Part shown: positions 17,801 to 23,856 of the stretch, piece by piece
How the letters are laid out: each line of letters starts with the position of its first letter
Position numbering within the stretch: the first letter of the stretch is position 1
Source: Bacteroidota bacterium
GTDB lineage: Bacteria > Bacteroidota > Bacteroidia > J057
NCBI GenBank assembly: GCA_038534415.1
Contig: JBCAWW010000001.1
Location: forward strand, 1 to 29,168
Length of the DNA: 29,168 nucleotides
Reading direction: 5' to 3'
Position numbers and translations under genes: made by a program
Notes under the pieces: model-generated
Databases searched by the model: none
What the model saw: only the letters and a program-made list of their open reading frames with translations
Told to the model about the DNA's origin: nothing

Positions 17801-19850
17801 CACCGCCTGAATTGATCGCCGTAAGCACGAAGGTGATTTCATCGCCAGCATCTGCTTCGCTAATGGTACTAACGTTCGGCACGGCCGGACTCGCGGGTGT
17901 GATCGTGCCATCGCCACTCGTCGCACTCACGCCTTTGGCAACTGAAATATCGGGAGAACAGATATTGAGATACTGGACTTGGACATCTGAGATGACATCT
18001 CCGTCGCTATTTGTCGTGGAATAATAAAATAAATCTGATAGTGCCAAACCATCTGCAAAAGGCTGATAATCGATCGGAATATCTACCAATACCGAAACTG
18101 TTTTACTGACCGTGGTGCCCTCCAAGTCTGGCCAAAGGATTTGCAATGAGTTACCTGCGGTACTTTTGGTAATATCGGCCGTCAAGGGGACAAATGATGG
18201 GTCCGTATGGTCTGAGGCTAGTCGTATATCAAAGCCATTGCCAAAGTTATCCGTATCGACTTCCGAAACATCAAAAACCGGTAGGGGAAAGAAATTGATG
18301 AAGGTTAGGTTTTCGGTATCGCCCGAAGGAACCGTTACGGTCAACTTAAAGGTAATAACCTCGCTAGGCACCCAGCAGCTAGGATCTCCGGGACTATTGA
18401 ATAGACTCAGATTGGGACTAGAAGATTGAATACTAACCCCTGCACTTGAATTATCGCCGCAGCCGGAGGCCTTGCCCAACAAATCATAGGCTAGGCTCGT
18501 CGGTTTGCCCAAGGCATCATTGGCCAAAAGGGGATCGTCATTAGTAGGCGGGTTATAATGTTGCAGTACATCTCCTCTAAAGGTGAGGGTTCCTTCACTC
18601 CCGTTACTGATGTTGCCGCTTACCGCATGCACATCAAAGACTAAAGTAGTAGTATTGTCTCCATTGACTGTGATCACTGGGGTGATGTTTTGAGCGGCCC
18701 CAGCATCTATACTGATGGTCGGCTGAAAACCCGCGTCATAGGCGATGCCGGCAGGCAAGGTTTCCGTTATGACCGCGGCATCAATAGGATTACTGTCAAA
18801 GTCTGAAACCTGAAAGGAGCTGGTATAAGTTACTTTGTCGTCGGGCTTCACATTGGTCGGAGAGGCATTGCTTTGGATCGGCATATGTTTGGCCGTAACT
18901 ACATCCCGCGCTGAATCAGGATTGATCGCAACCAATCCATACATAGCCGTAAAATCGGCACTATTGCTAATAATAGAATCTTCACAGACTGTCTCGTCCA
19001 ATATATCTTTGATATGGACATCAAAACTGATCGAAATTTCATTGCCGGAGGTCCCCACTGTAGTAGGACAAGTAGCACTCAAAGTCCTCGTACCGGCTGT
19101 ATAAGTAGCGGTACAAGCCCCATCTACAATATCGCCCACAAACTCAACCTCCTCGGGTAAGACATCCGTAAGGCTAATCGCAGTCAAGGTCTTCCCCGCC
19201 GCAATATCTACATTAAGCGTATAGGTAAATGGCCAAGAACTCCCCGGTGCTCGCTCGCTTTCAGGAGCATTATTGGTTTTGGTAAATGTTACCAAAGTGG
19301 GTTTGCTATTGGCTGTGATCGTCGTGCCAAAGATAGGCCCATTGTCCCCCGTAGGAGTATCACCATATTGGAGGCCCGGCTGAAACTTATAGACATAGTT
19401 AGAGTCTAATGTTGCACCATCTAAAAACTCCACACAAACCGCAAAAGTCAAATCAGGTGTGGTCGAAACCAATGAGCCAACCGGATAGCTCAATACATAT
19501 AGGGTATCCCCACTCACTGCACCATCGCTGGCCGTAACACTCGTCCCACTGATCGGGTCATTGAGCGCAGGCACTCCGTCTGGGAAAGCCCCTACTTTGA
19601 CAGTCGTAAGGCTTGTACCTAAAAAACTGACACTCTTGAGGGTGACATCGGGGGGCAACATGATCCGATAGTAGGGACCATATCCGGGATCTCCCGTCAA
19701 ACTCAAGTCCAAATTGAAACAGTAGGTTTCATTGATAAAGTTGGAGGCTGGCACGGATTCAGTGCCCACTGGAGTTTGGGCCATGAGTGGTAATATGCAT
19801 AGGGTAGCAAAGAGCAATAGTGTTATTCGTCTAAAAAGGATAAGGAGCAT
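8880..19850 (-). CDS. Giant (3656 aa) T9SS-secreted adhesin-like protein with about 22 tandem isopeptide-forming fimbrial-D2/DUF11-type Ig-like domains and a type-A CTD
   Basis: Signal peptide ends ..LPLMA|Q. Repeats include IGEILTYQIALTVPEG..LTDTLPVG..KTN and DAGD.ITV...N.G...A.D. The pre-CTD Ig domain is FPVELLNF..EWNTASEFNNDYF.VERS..YYRLRQVDFDG, and the CTD is PNPF..LFDVRG..LPEGYYYLEV..KLQREN. The ORF is uninterrupted over 10,971 nt. Confidence 0.9.
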   Translation of the reverse strand: MLLILFRRITLLLFATLCILPLMAQTPVGTESVPASNFINETYCFNLDLSLTGDPGYGPYYRIMLPPDVTLKSVSFLGTSLTTVKVGAFPDGVPALNDPISGTSVTASDGAVSGDTLYVLSYPVGSLVSTTPDLTFAVCVEFLDGATLDSNYVYKFQPGLQYGDTPTGDNGPIFGTTITANSKPTLVTFTKTNNAPESERAPGSSWPFTYTLNVDIAAGKTLTAISLTDVLPEEVEFVGDIVDGACTATYTAGTRTLSATCPTTVGTSGNEISISFDVHIKDILDETVCEDSIISNSADFTAMYGLVAINPDSARDVVTAKHMPIQSNASPTNVKPDDKVTYTSSFQVSDFDSNPIDAAVITETLPAGIAYDAGFQPTISIDAGAAQNITPVITVNGDNTTTLVFDVHAVSGNISNGSEGTLTFRGDVLQHYNPPTNDDPLLANDALGKPTSLAYDLLGKASGCGDNSSAGVSIQSSSPNLSLFNSPGDPSCWVPSEVITFKLTVTVPSGDTENLTFINFFPLPVFDVSEVDTDNFGNGFDIRLASDHTDPSFVPLTADITKSTAGNSLQILWPDLEGTTVSKTVSVLVDIPIDYQPFADGLALSDLFYYSTTNSDGDVISDVQVQYLNICSPDISVAKGVSATSGDGTITPASPAVPNVSTISEADAGDEITFVLTAINSGGARAYDLVIKDDAPASLTNCSMIATDPVKYGDGTAVGVGLYSGNPFDVNGLTLDSLYASGDASKRDTVTITCTCDIAATVAPNDSFFNGISAAWQAIPETEQPLADPFEEVLDSVQISIDRPTLAKTHTSISPNGSGNANILVPGDTVVYQLTVTLPEGTTPSLSLADTLPEGLAYVASSVVVNSSAFNGTVSSSPTVGTSGTGAAGSPQTVTFDMGSPSNSDDNVNTNDAFLLSFEAVVLDDPANDGLPTAQSKTNQSQLTYTDIVGADIVATDAVTLTEPELNITLDLSTPSQGDAGDQITVTMTVSNTGTAPAYDITASNNLDGLSDFLNLSSLSNTTTLGDWTFDGLAGSTVSYSLNGATGLAAGASKVLTFTIDLDSNVEPNTTYNNQASVSGDSEPGSAPEQRTTTDSASDNISTSDPSISKSLNAVSPDGTGTAGTNVTAGDTITYHLTVDLTEGTTTDLVLTDALPAGFEYVSYVVDNTGFNGTVSSSPTVATSGTVAAGRTVTFTFSGATTVVGDNNAANNDFIVAMKAVVMDDNANDGEDATQAKTNTVTLTSNSISGSSISDTDVVPFAEPKVTINKVLSSNTGDAGDVITVELRVRNNGTATAHDIVATDILDGNVFDLSTVTLVNADGFNYSYSNPTVTFTKSTLTVAEGRRDLEFTVQIKSGVNSGTSFDNVGTVVATTQAGTTAPEERSSSRQNTETLTTTGIPLLAKTLISSTDVNTGATEAGIGEILTYQIALTVPEGTTLEDGSNPILTDTLPVGFQYLDATYTGGSHSARISAVADFNGGEISTSVAGTIDGTPAVLVPSVSGNVASGQILGFDLGDITNNDDQVVSDADAEQLIITYEVLVLNNSDNNAGDSKTNTVGLQYQDGDANPISDSDAITLTLKEPDLGVTTSAAPAGGSASGMETVTFTTKFFNSNSTHSATGYNLALSDDLPATFFGTSANAGQQPNLSSATYSGDGSDISACFEFGGDGNELIFDATNGGCTLDSLDPGDTITVVYTAVIDSLAEANSDLINDVRGSITSLDGAAGNTSSGSNTANTAGDADGERTGSAVGSNDLNVATSTTITLDEPTMAKTGDANLAVGDSTIMNLTISVPGGTMQSFTITDNLPAGLKYTGDEVSITLPTGVFADTPSPSTAADDDPVIWNFGTLTNQNSTSQDITISYEVEVRNLLANQAATTLDNDAAISFTGSSGADSLSSSATVTVIEPNLTIEMSDGGGNYAVGGTIPYTIRIINGPGGATAYGVNFANVLPPELLGGSSPFYDNIVVSNTSGSVVQTGTGTAISASDISLGTATNTGDQLSFAAFDIPAGDTLLLTFDATVINTAGANADLTLNSTADYNSLLNDDIRGRDGSTPSSDDDNDTDLNNYNEAGTVTTTLAGTPAIVKRLSATHATNDFTIGDDVIYELKVFIPEGVVGSVVVVDSLVDGLGFLSVSESSPGNFSYGTMTDDGVVGNAGKISFTFGNVTNTADGDATNDTITVTLTAQVLDDATNIQAGFSKGNLSYVTSAINSAIYSNNLSIDIIEPNLVVGITPNNATPALGEPVTFTVTVNNTGGATAHDIALASLLDDLDMTYLGSSFNANGSGFSIDDADTDSLAFTLGSLTPGGNVSFTFVATVDDDAILGTAITPSIGLSDSYDTQPGDPAGAFVERHYDVSTSTTVTPALNAIDATKTVAYVDGNTNDQLDAGEVLTYTIVLTNNTGATVNNVVFTDNIPDNTTSLSNITTTAGVSSNSTASLVQVDGFNMTNGASVTITFDVSVSGGTTDGTLIRNQGSVDSDETEPEPTDVDGVDANGDQPTDIIVGPEPEVVNDLYAQKTVSWLTDNSTADEVGTTDIMRYTFILENRGAEQLTTVSLTDVIPTGLGLSAAGTPTEGSLSTASYPTINWTGVTLEVGEVASVTLDVVINSVTGTSETFTNQGSADSDQTDPTETDSNGDPSDGNQETVFVAVDGATAAPALDAEKRWALTDDTDNDGLVDPSDSYTYTITVINTGSATASNAQFSDAAPTNTVLVSGSVTTSQGTVTSATSGDISVNLGPIEPGGVATVSFSVTPSGASDGDLIPNQASITSPDVNSGTPTLSDDNANDDDGINPTQTPIHTGSGTLDAADLSKSLSATSEGGSSGTDVLIGEVLTYAINIEVPKGNLKEAFLIDSLPAGLRYVASSAQLSRTFNTGLNSATNPGGINSATSGNNVSLTDGTDITIASNRFISLFLGDIINTDTDGTAEAYTLSLQAVVSNESGISNDAGQSLSNDGTFQYLDGALAEQTLSTSSDPTVTIREAAIGIQKAGSSSYILTAGGTLEYTLKVFNSATANTATAYNVIVTDTIPFGAQKYESLSNIAFSSTTNVGNETDNSDAGNGIVSFAIDSIAPGDTAYVTFRAAADGIPELKTDADSLDNKAWARMSSLPGTQGTSSATPGNPGDINGERVYDGSHGDSDYTADATHELTVMDLDLTKSILNPPSPNNYNIGDTVEYQVQLVVPNNVVLNNTDNLFADVLDAGLDYLTGSLNQSPVPVYAGITDNSPIEFSDPTAQTLNLNLGNIDNQTGSAQTIILSYDAVVRNVIGNQYDAGLNSGTELDNVVGLTFDNPVHPDAPFSDVIRDSATVEVGEPHLDIANTILTSSHEPGDQVDFQLVITNDGTETAYDVALADVATAYLQNINSLTVTGTTGGAETPSFTNNGDSWTSGDFDIPPGGTVTITFSADINQFAPSGNIPPNTVTASFSGQPTGATVVRDGTDGGEQDNNATLNNYVLSADPTTPLVIFPVELLNFSAAWEKGKEKDALLEWNTASEFNNDYFIVERSYNLNEWSDVIKVEGAGTSQQTRYYTTKDQDAAALPFDEYVYYRLRQVDFDGVFSYSDVIQLNRLNTQYNVEFGPNPFQSELSISSNRAKKIMQIQLFDVRGSEIAIPVERRLSEGEVEIAGLGNLPEGYYYLEVTFEDGYKQSFKLQREN

Positions 19851-20145
19851 TACGACTTTTGGATTATCCGTCTTTGTGGATTATATTTCGATGATTTGAA
19901 ATATTTATAACAAAGATTTAATAATCATTTAAATTATTTTCTGCTAAAAAATTCCTTGAATAACATTTCTGTTGCCTCCTTTGGCTCATATTCTGCCTCT
20001 TTTCCTTTACTTGCTTTGCAGGCAAGATGGACCTTGGCTTGCTTGATGAGGGCTTAGTCGGCTAAAAATGAGCGCTTAAACTCAATTACTTACTCAGGCA
20101 ATCTGATAAAAGGGCTAGGGATGTTCGATTTTCTCACATTCCTCT

Positions 20146-20153
20146 TACCTTCG
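20146..20153 (+). promoter_or_regulatory. Bacteroidota -7 promoter element variant (TACCTTCG) directly before the MBOAT start
   Basis: One mismatch to TAnnTTTG; ATG at 20157 follows after 3 nt. Confidence 0.4.
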
Positions 20154-20156
20154 CGT

Positions 20157-21554
20157 ATGCTCTTCAGCTCTCTCAGCTTCTTGGGATTATTTTTGCCGCT
20201 AGTTTGGGTGGTCAATCTTTTGTTGCCCGCTAAAGCGCGGAACGTCTGGCTCCTGCTGCTGAGCTTATGGTTTTATGCTTGGGGAGAAGGGGCATGGGCC
20301 TTTTTGATGTTGGGCTCTATTCTCCTCAATTATTTTCTTGGTCTCAAGGTCGGGCCAAAGTCTTCTCGCCAAAAGCTTTGGCTTAGTTTGGCGGTGAGCA
20401 TAAATCTGGCTTTACTCCTTCTCGTCAAATATGCCGGCTTTCTCCTCAGCAATCTCAACCAACTGCTGTTGCTTTTTGAGGATGTCTCACTACTGATACC
20501 AGCCGTCAATTTCAGCCTGCCCATCGGCATTTCCTTTTTCACCTTTCAGGCTCTGAGTTATCAGATTGATCTCTATCGTGGCAAATATCCGCCTCAGACC
20601 AATCCCTTAGACCTTGGGCTGTACATTGCCTTTTTTCCTCAGCTGATTGCGGGGCCCATCGTGCGCTATGAGACCTTTTTTCCGCAATTGACGGAGCGAA
20701 AATTTGATTGGGAACAAAATATAGTCGGCATCAAACGCTTCGTGATTGGGCTCGCCAAAAAGGTATTGATCGCCGATCCCTTGGCCTTAGTCGCTGACAA
20801 GATCTTTTTGCTTCCAGACCAAAGTCTCAGTCCTTGGCTCACCTGGCTAGCCATGATCGCTTACAGCTTGCAGATCTATTTTGACTTTTCTGCCTACTCT
20901 GATATGGCGATTGGTCTCGGCAAGATGCTCGGCTTCGACCTACCCGAAAACTTTCGCTTTCCCTATATCGCCCGTAGCATCCGTGAGTTTTGGCAGCGCT
21001 GGCATATTACCCTATCAACTTGGTTTCGGGATTATTTATACATCCCCCTAGGCGGCAATCGACACCATCTCTATCGCAATCTGTTGTTGGTATTTGTGCT
21101 TTGTGGCTTTTGGCATGGCGCGAGCTGGAATTTTCTCATTTGGGGACTATTTCATGGACTATTTTTGGTCTTAGAGCGCACTGCTTGGGGACGAGTATTG
21201 CAAAAGTTTCCTCGCTTCTTACAACATATCTATACCCTTTTAGTGGTGCTCTTTGCCTGGGTCTGGTTTCGGGCCGAAGATGTCTCCCAAGCGCTCCTAA
21301 TCTATGAGAAGCTATTTGGGTTTGCTGCCAATGCGCAGGCTGATAATTACGCCTACTTCCTGCTGAGCTATGATATTATTTGGCCTTTGCTCCTTGGGAT
21401 CGGTTTTGCCATGCCGCTTTTCCCCTTCGTGGAACGCTTAATTGAGCGTTCGCCAAAGGCGCTCGAAAGCATACTTTATCTCGGCTTGACGCTGCTGAGC
21501 CTCCTTGCTGTCCTCACCAATGCCTATCACCCCTTTATTTACTTCCGCTTTTGA
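20157..21554 (+). CDS. MBOAT family O-acyltransferase (AlgI/PatA-like)
   Basis: MLFSSLSFLGLFLP start, LPIGISFFTFQALSYQID, FFPQLIAGPIVR, QIYFDFSAYSDMAIG, FWQRWHITLSTWFRDYLYIPLGG, catalytic-His motif WHGASWNF. ATG 20157 is preferred over the ORF-track start at 20121. Confidence 0.93.
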   Translation: MLFSSLSFLGLFLPLVWVVNLLLPAKARNVWLLLLSLWFYAWGEGAWAFLMLGSILLNYFLGLKVGPKSSRQKLWLSLAVSINLALLLLVKYAGFLLSNLNQLLLLFEDVSLLIPAVNFSLPIGISFFTFQALSYQIDLYRGKYPPQTNPLDLGLYIAFFPQLIAGPIVRYETFFPQLTERKFDWEQNIVGIKRFVIGLAKKVLIADPLALVADKIFLLPDQSLSPWLTWLAMIAYSLQIYFDFSAYSDMAIGLGKMLGFDLPENFRFPYIARSIREFWQRWHITLSTWFRDYLYIPLGGNRHHLYRNLLLVFVLCGFWHGASWNFLIWGLFHGLFLVLERTAWGRVLQKFPRFLQHIYTLLVVLFAWVWFRAEDVSQALLIYEKLFGFAANAQADNYAYFLLSYDIIWPLLLGIGFAMPLFPFVERLIERSPKALESILYLGLTLLSLLAVLTNAYHPFIYFRF

Positions 21555-22960
21555 ATCGCTCTCACTCACATATCGCCGCTAAAATAGGGAGCCTTGGCTT
21601 CATCCTTTTGCTTTTGGCAATGGGACTGCGTGGCTTGTGGCTGGCTAAACTCGACGGTAAAAATCTCTTTCATAAATTTCGACTAGATCGGCTTTCGATT
21701 ACGACCGCCGCTTTTGACGCCGACCTCAATCAATATGCAGGCGGTGATACCGCTTTGTTTCATCCCTTGGGTACGCTCAACTATCAGCTGAGACATCGCT
21801 CCTTAAGCCGCAAAATATTGCCCGGACAAACTGATTGGTTCTTTTTGTGGAACGATCAGACGGATTTTGATCCATTGGAACAAAGATTAGGACTGAGCCA
21901 GTTGAGCCCATTACAACTCAGGGAGTTGGTCCTACAATTTCAACAGCGAGCCTTCTGGGCCAAGCAAAACAATAGCGAATACCTCATCCTCTTGGCTCCC
22001 AATAAAGCCAGTATTTATGGCGAGCATTTGCCGGGGAGTTTGCTGCTAGCGGAGCAGACATTTTTAGATGTTTTATACCCTGCCTTGCAGAACGCTCAGC
22101 TCCCTGTCCTTGACTTGCGCCAAGCGCTGCAAGCGGCCAAGCCCAGCGGTTTGCTTTACTATCGACACGATACCCATTGGAATGATCGCGGTGCATGGGT
22201 GGGTACGCAGGCTGTCATGGATCGCCTTGGCTTGGGCAAGCTCCTCATCAATCCACAAAGACTACAATTGCAGGCCCAAAAAGGAGGCGATCAGCTTCGC
22301 ATGGCTCGATTGCGTGAAAGTGGGTTTACAGACTCGGCCTATCGCTATCTGGGACCCGATACTATCCCCTTCCAAGTGCTACCCAATCCCATCGGTTCGC
22401 CAGCCGATCTCCCCTATCAAAGCAAAGCAAATGAGGCGCTAGGACCAAAAATACTATTGTTTCATGATTCTTTTGGGCATGCGATGCGGCCTTGGTTTAG
22501 TTATGCCAGTCGCGAGTTTCGTGCGCTTTGGGCTTGGGGGGAGTTTCGGCCCCTCTATCTGCGGCGCTACCAGCCGGACTATGTGGTGGACGAGATCATC
22601 GAACGTAATCTGGCAAAACCCTTTCCCGGCAATCAAAGTGAGCTAATCAAGGCCTTTTGGCTGGCCCATTGGCCTGAAACAGGCGCAAAACGCTATCAGA
22701 CTGAGTATAGTTTGGGGCAACTGCAGGCTTGGATACAGACGCAAGCTGATACCGAGAAACTATTGGTGGTCAAGCTCAAAATCATCGCTGAAGAGGCCGG
22801 AACAATCAGCCTTAGCAACGGACTCAGGGTCAAACAAAGCTACCTCTTTGACGCAGGTCAACATACGCTCTACTTCCAAGTCAATCCGCAACGGCCTTTA
22901 GCGCTAAAGCTGGATACTGAACTGAAGTTTACGGACTTGGAAGTGATCGAATTGGATTAA
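21551..22960 (+). CDS. AlgJ/AlgX (ALGX-family) SGNH-like O-acetyltransferase with N-terminal membrane anchor
   Basis: TTG start overlaps the MBOAT stop (TTGA). One N-terminal TM, then DWFFL, PNKASIY, YYRHDTHWN (DxH) and ILLFHDSFG (catalytic Ser position). Confidence 0.85.
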   Translation: MNRSHSHIAAKIGSLGFILLLLAMGLRGLWLAKLDGKNLFHKFRLDRLSITTAAFDADLNQYAGGDTALFHPLGTLNYQLRHRSLSRKILPGQTDWFFLWNDQTDFDPLEQRLGLSQLSPLQLRELVLQFQQRAFWAKQNNSEYLILLAPNKASIYGEHLPGSLLLAEQTFLDVLYPALQNAQLPVLDLRQALQAAKPSGLLYYRHDTHWNDRGAWVGTQAVMDRLGLGKLLINPQRLQLQAQKGGDQLRMARLRESGFTDSAYRYLGPDTIPFQVLPNPIGSPADLPYQSKANEALGPKILLFHDSFGHAMRPWFSYASREFRALWAWGEFRPLYLRRYQPDYVVDEIIERNLAKPFPGNQSELIKAFWLAHWPETGAKRYQTEYSLGQLQAWIQTQADTEKLLVVKLKIIAEEAGTISLSNGLRVKQSYLFDAGQHTLYFQVNPQRPLALKLDTELKFTDLEVIELD

Positions 22961-23049
22961 GGAGGAGGAGCCAAGCTCACAAAAAGGGATAGCAAGCTCC
23001 CCCAATCAGTAATAGACGCTCTTACTTACCACAGCTCAAGGGACTTTTG

Positions 23050-23057
23050 TATCTTTG
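23050..23057 (+). promoter_or_regulatory. Bacteroidota -7 promoter element TATCTTTG directly before aroE
   Basis: Exact TAnnTTTG match; ATG at 23061 follows after 3 nt. Confidence 0.65.
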
Positions 23058-23060
23058 TGC

Positions 23061-23804
23061 ATGCGATATTTTGGTTTGATCGGGCAGAAGCTAGGACATA
23101 GTTTTTCGAAAAAATATTTCACCGAAAAGTTTGCGCGAGAAGAGATCTCTGGCCAGTACGAACTCTACGAGATTCCGACGATTGAAGCGCTGCCAGCGCT
23201 ATGGGCAAGCGTTCCGCTCAGCGGTATGAATGTAACCATCCCTTATAAGCAGCAGATCATGGCTTATTTGGATGAAATCTCTCCTGAGGCGGCAGCGGTT
23301 GGGGCAGTCAATACGGTACTCTTTCGCGATGGACGTAAGATTGGCTACAACACGGATACTTATGGTTTTCGCGTCTCTTTACAAGCATTTTTGGGGGAGA
23401 CCAAGCTAGCGCAAGCCTTGATATTGGGCAATGGTGGCGCAGCTAAAGCCGTGCGCTATGTCTTGGAGCAACAAATGGGATTCCGGCCTTGCCTCACGGT
23501 CTCGCGTTCGGCTGCAGGCCCAAACCAAATCACCTACCAAGCTCTACAAGACCTAAATTTGGATGAGTATCCGCTGATCGTCAATACGACGCCCTTAGGT
23601 ATGTTTCCCTACGAAAAGGACGCTCCCGCGATCCCCTATGACCGCCTAGGAGAGGGGCATTTTGCCTATGACCTCATCTATAATCCCGCAGAAACTGAAT
23701 TTATGCGCCTCATCACTCAACAAGGCGCCAAAGCCTGCAACGGCATGGAGATGCTAATCCTGCAAGCCGAAGGGGCCTGGGAGATTTGGAATGGTATTAA
23801 GTAG
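23061..23804 (+). CDS. aroE: Shikimate dehydrogenase
   Basis: MRYFGLIG..GHSFS, NVTIPYK, GAVNT, YNTDTYGF, LGNGGAAKA, VNTTPLGM, YDLIYNP and NGMEML..QA. ATG 23061 is preferred over TTG 23055, which lies inside the promoter box. Confidence 0.95.
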   Translation: MRYFGLIGQKLGHSFSKKYFTEKFAREEISGQYELYEIPTIEALPALWASVPLSGMNVTIPYKQQIMAYLDEISPEAAAVGAVNTVLFRDGRKIGYNTDTYGFRVSLQAFLGETKLAQALILGNGGAAKAVRYVLEQQMGFRPCLTVSRSAAGPNQITYQALQDLNLDEYPLIVNTTPLGMFPYEKDAPAIPYDRLGEGHFAYDLIYNPAETEFMRLITQQGAKACNGMEMLILQAEGAWEIWNGIK

Positions 23805-23856
23805 AAAGTATTAAGTAGGAAGTATAGAGACTTCCAATTTATCTGTACTAAATACT
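23793..23856. repeat. Convergent heptamer arrays between aroE and the MBL hydrolase
   Basis: Plus strand: GGTATTA AGTAGAA AGTATTA AGTAGGA AGTATAG AGACTTC (23793-23834). Minus strand: AGTATTT AGTACAG (23856-23843). Both stop codons lie inside the units. Confidence 0.7.

Noticed and set aside
8835-19104. Many short plus-strand and alternative-frame ORFs inside the giant gene
   Set aside because: These are shadow ORFs expected opposite a long Thr/Ser/Asp/Gly-rich gene; none has family motifs or its own expression signals.
19710-19724. YCFNL in adhesin D1 matches the reactive-Cys motif of Gram-positive thioester domains (SfbI/Cpa type)
   Set aside because: There is no partner TQxxhW motif or helical subdomain nearby. 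D1 looks all-beta and has a second Cys (FAVCVE) that more simply forms a disulfide. A structure model placing a Gln against this Cys would reopen the idea.
8880-19850. Apparent excess of GATC/GATCG (methylation or HIP-like motif)
   Set aside because: It is explained by frequent ATC (Ile) and GAT (Asp) codon contexts; a codon-controlled count would be needed to claim enrichment.
19851-20156. Invertible (phase-variable) promoter between the adhesin and the MBOAT, as in Bacteroides
   Set aside because: No long inverted-repeat pair flanks the region and no recombinase gene is in the window.
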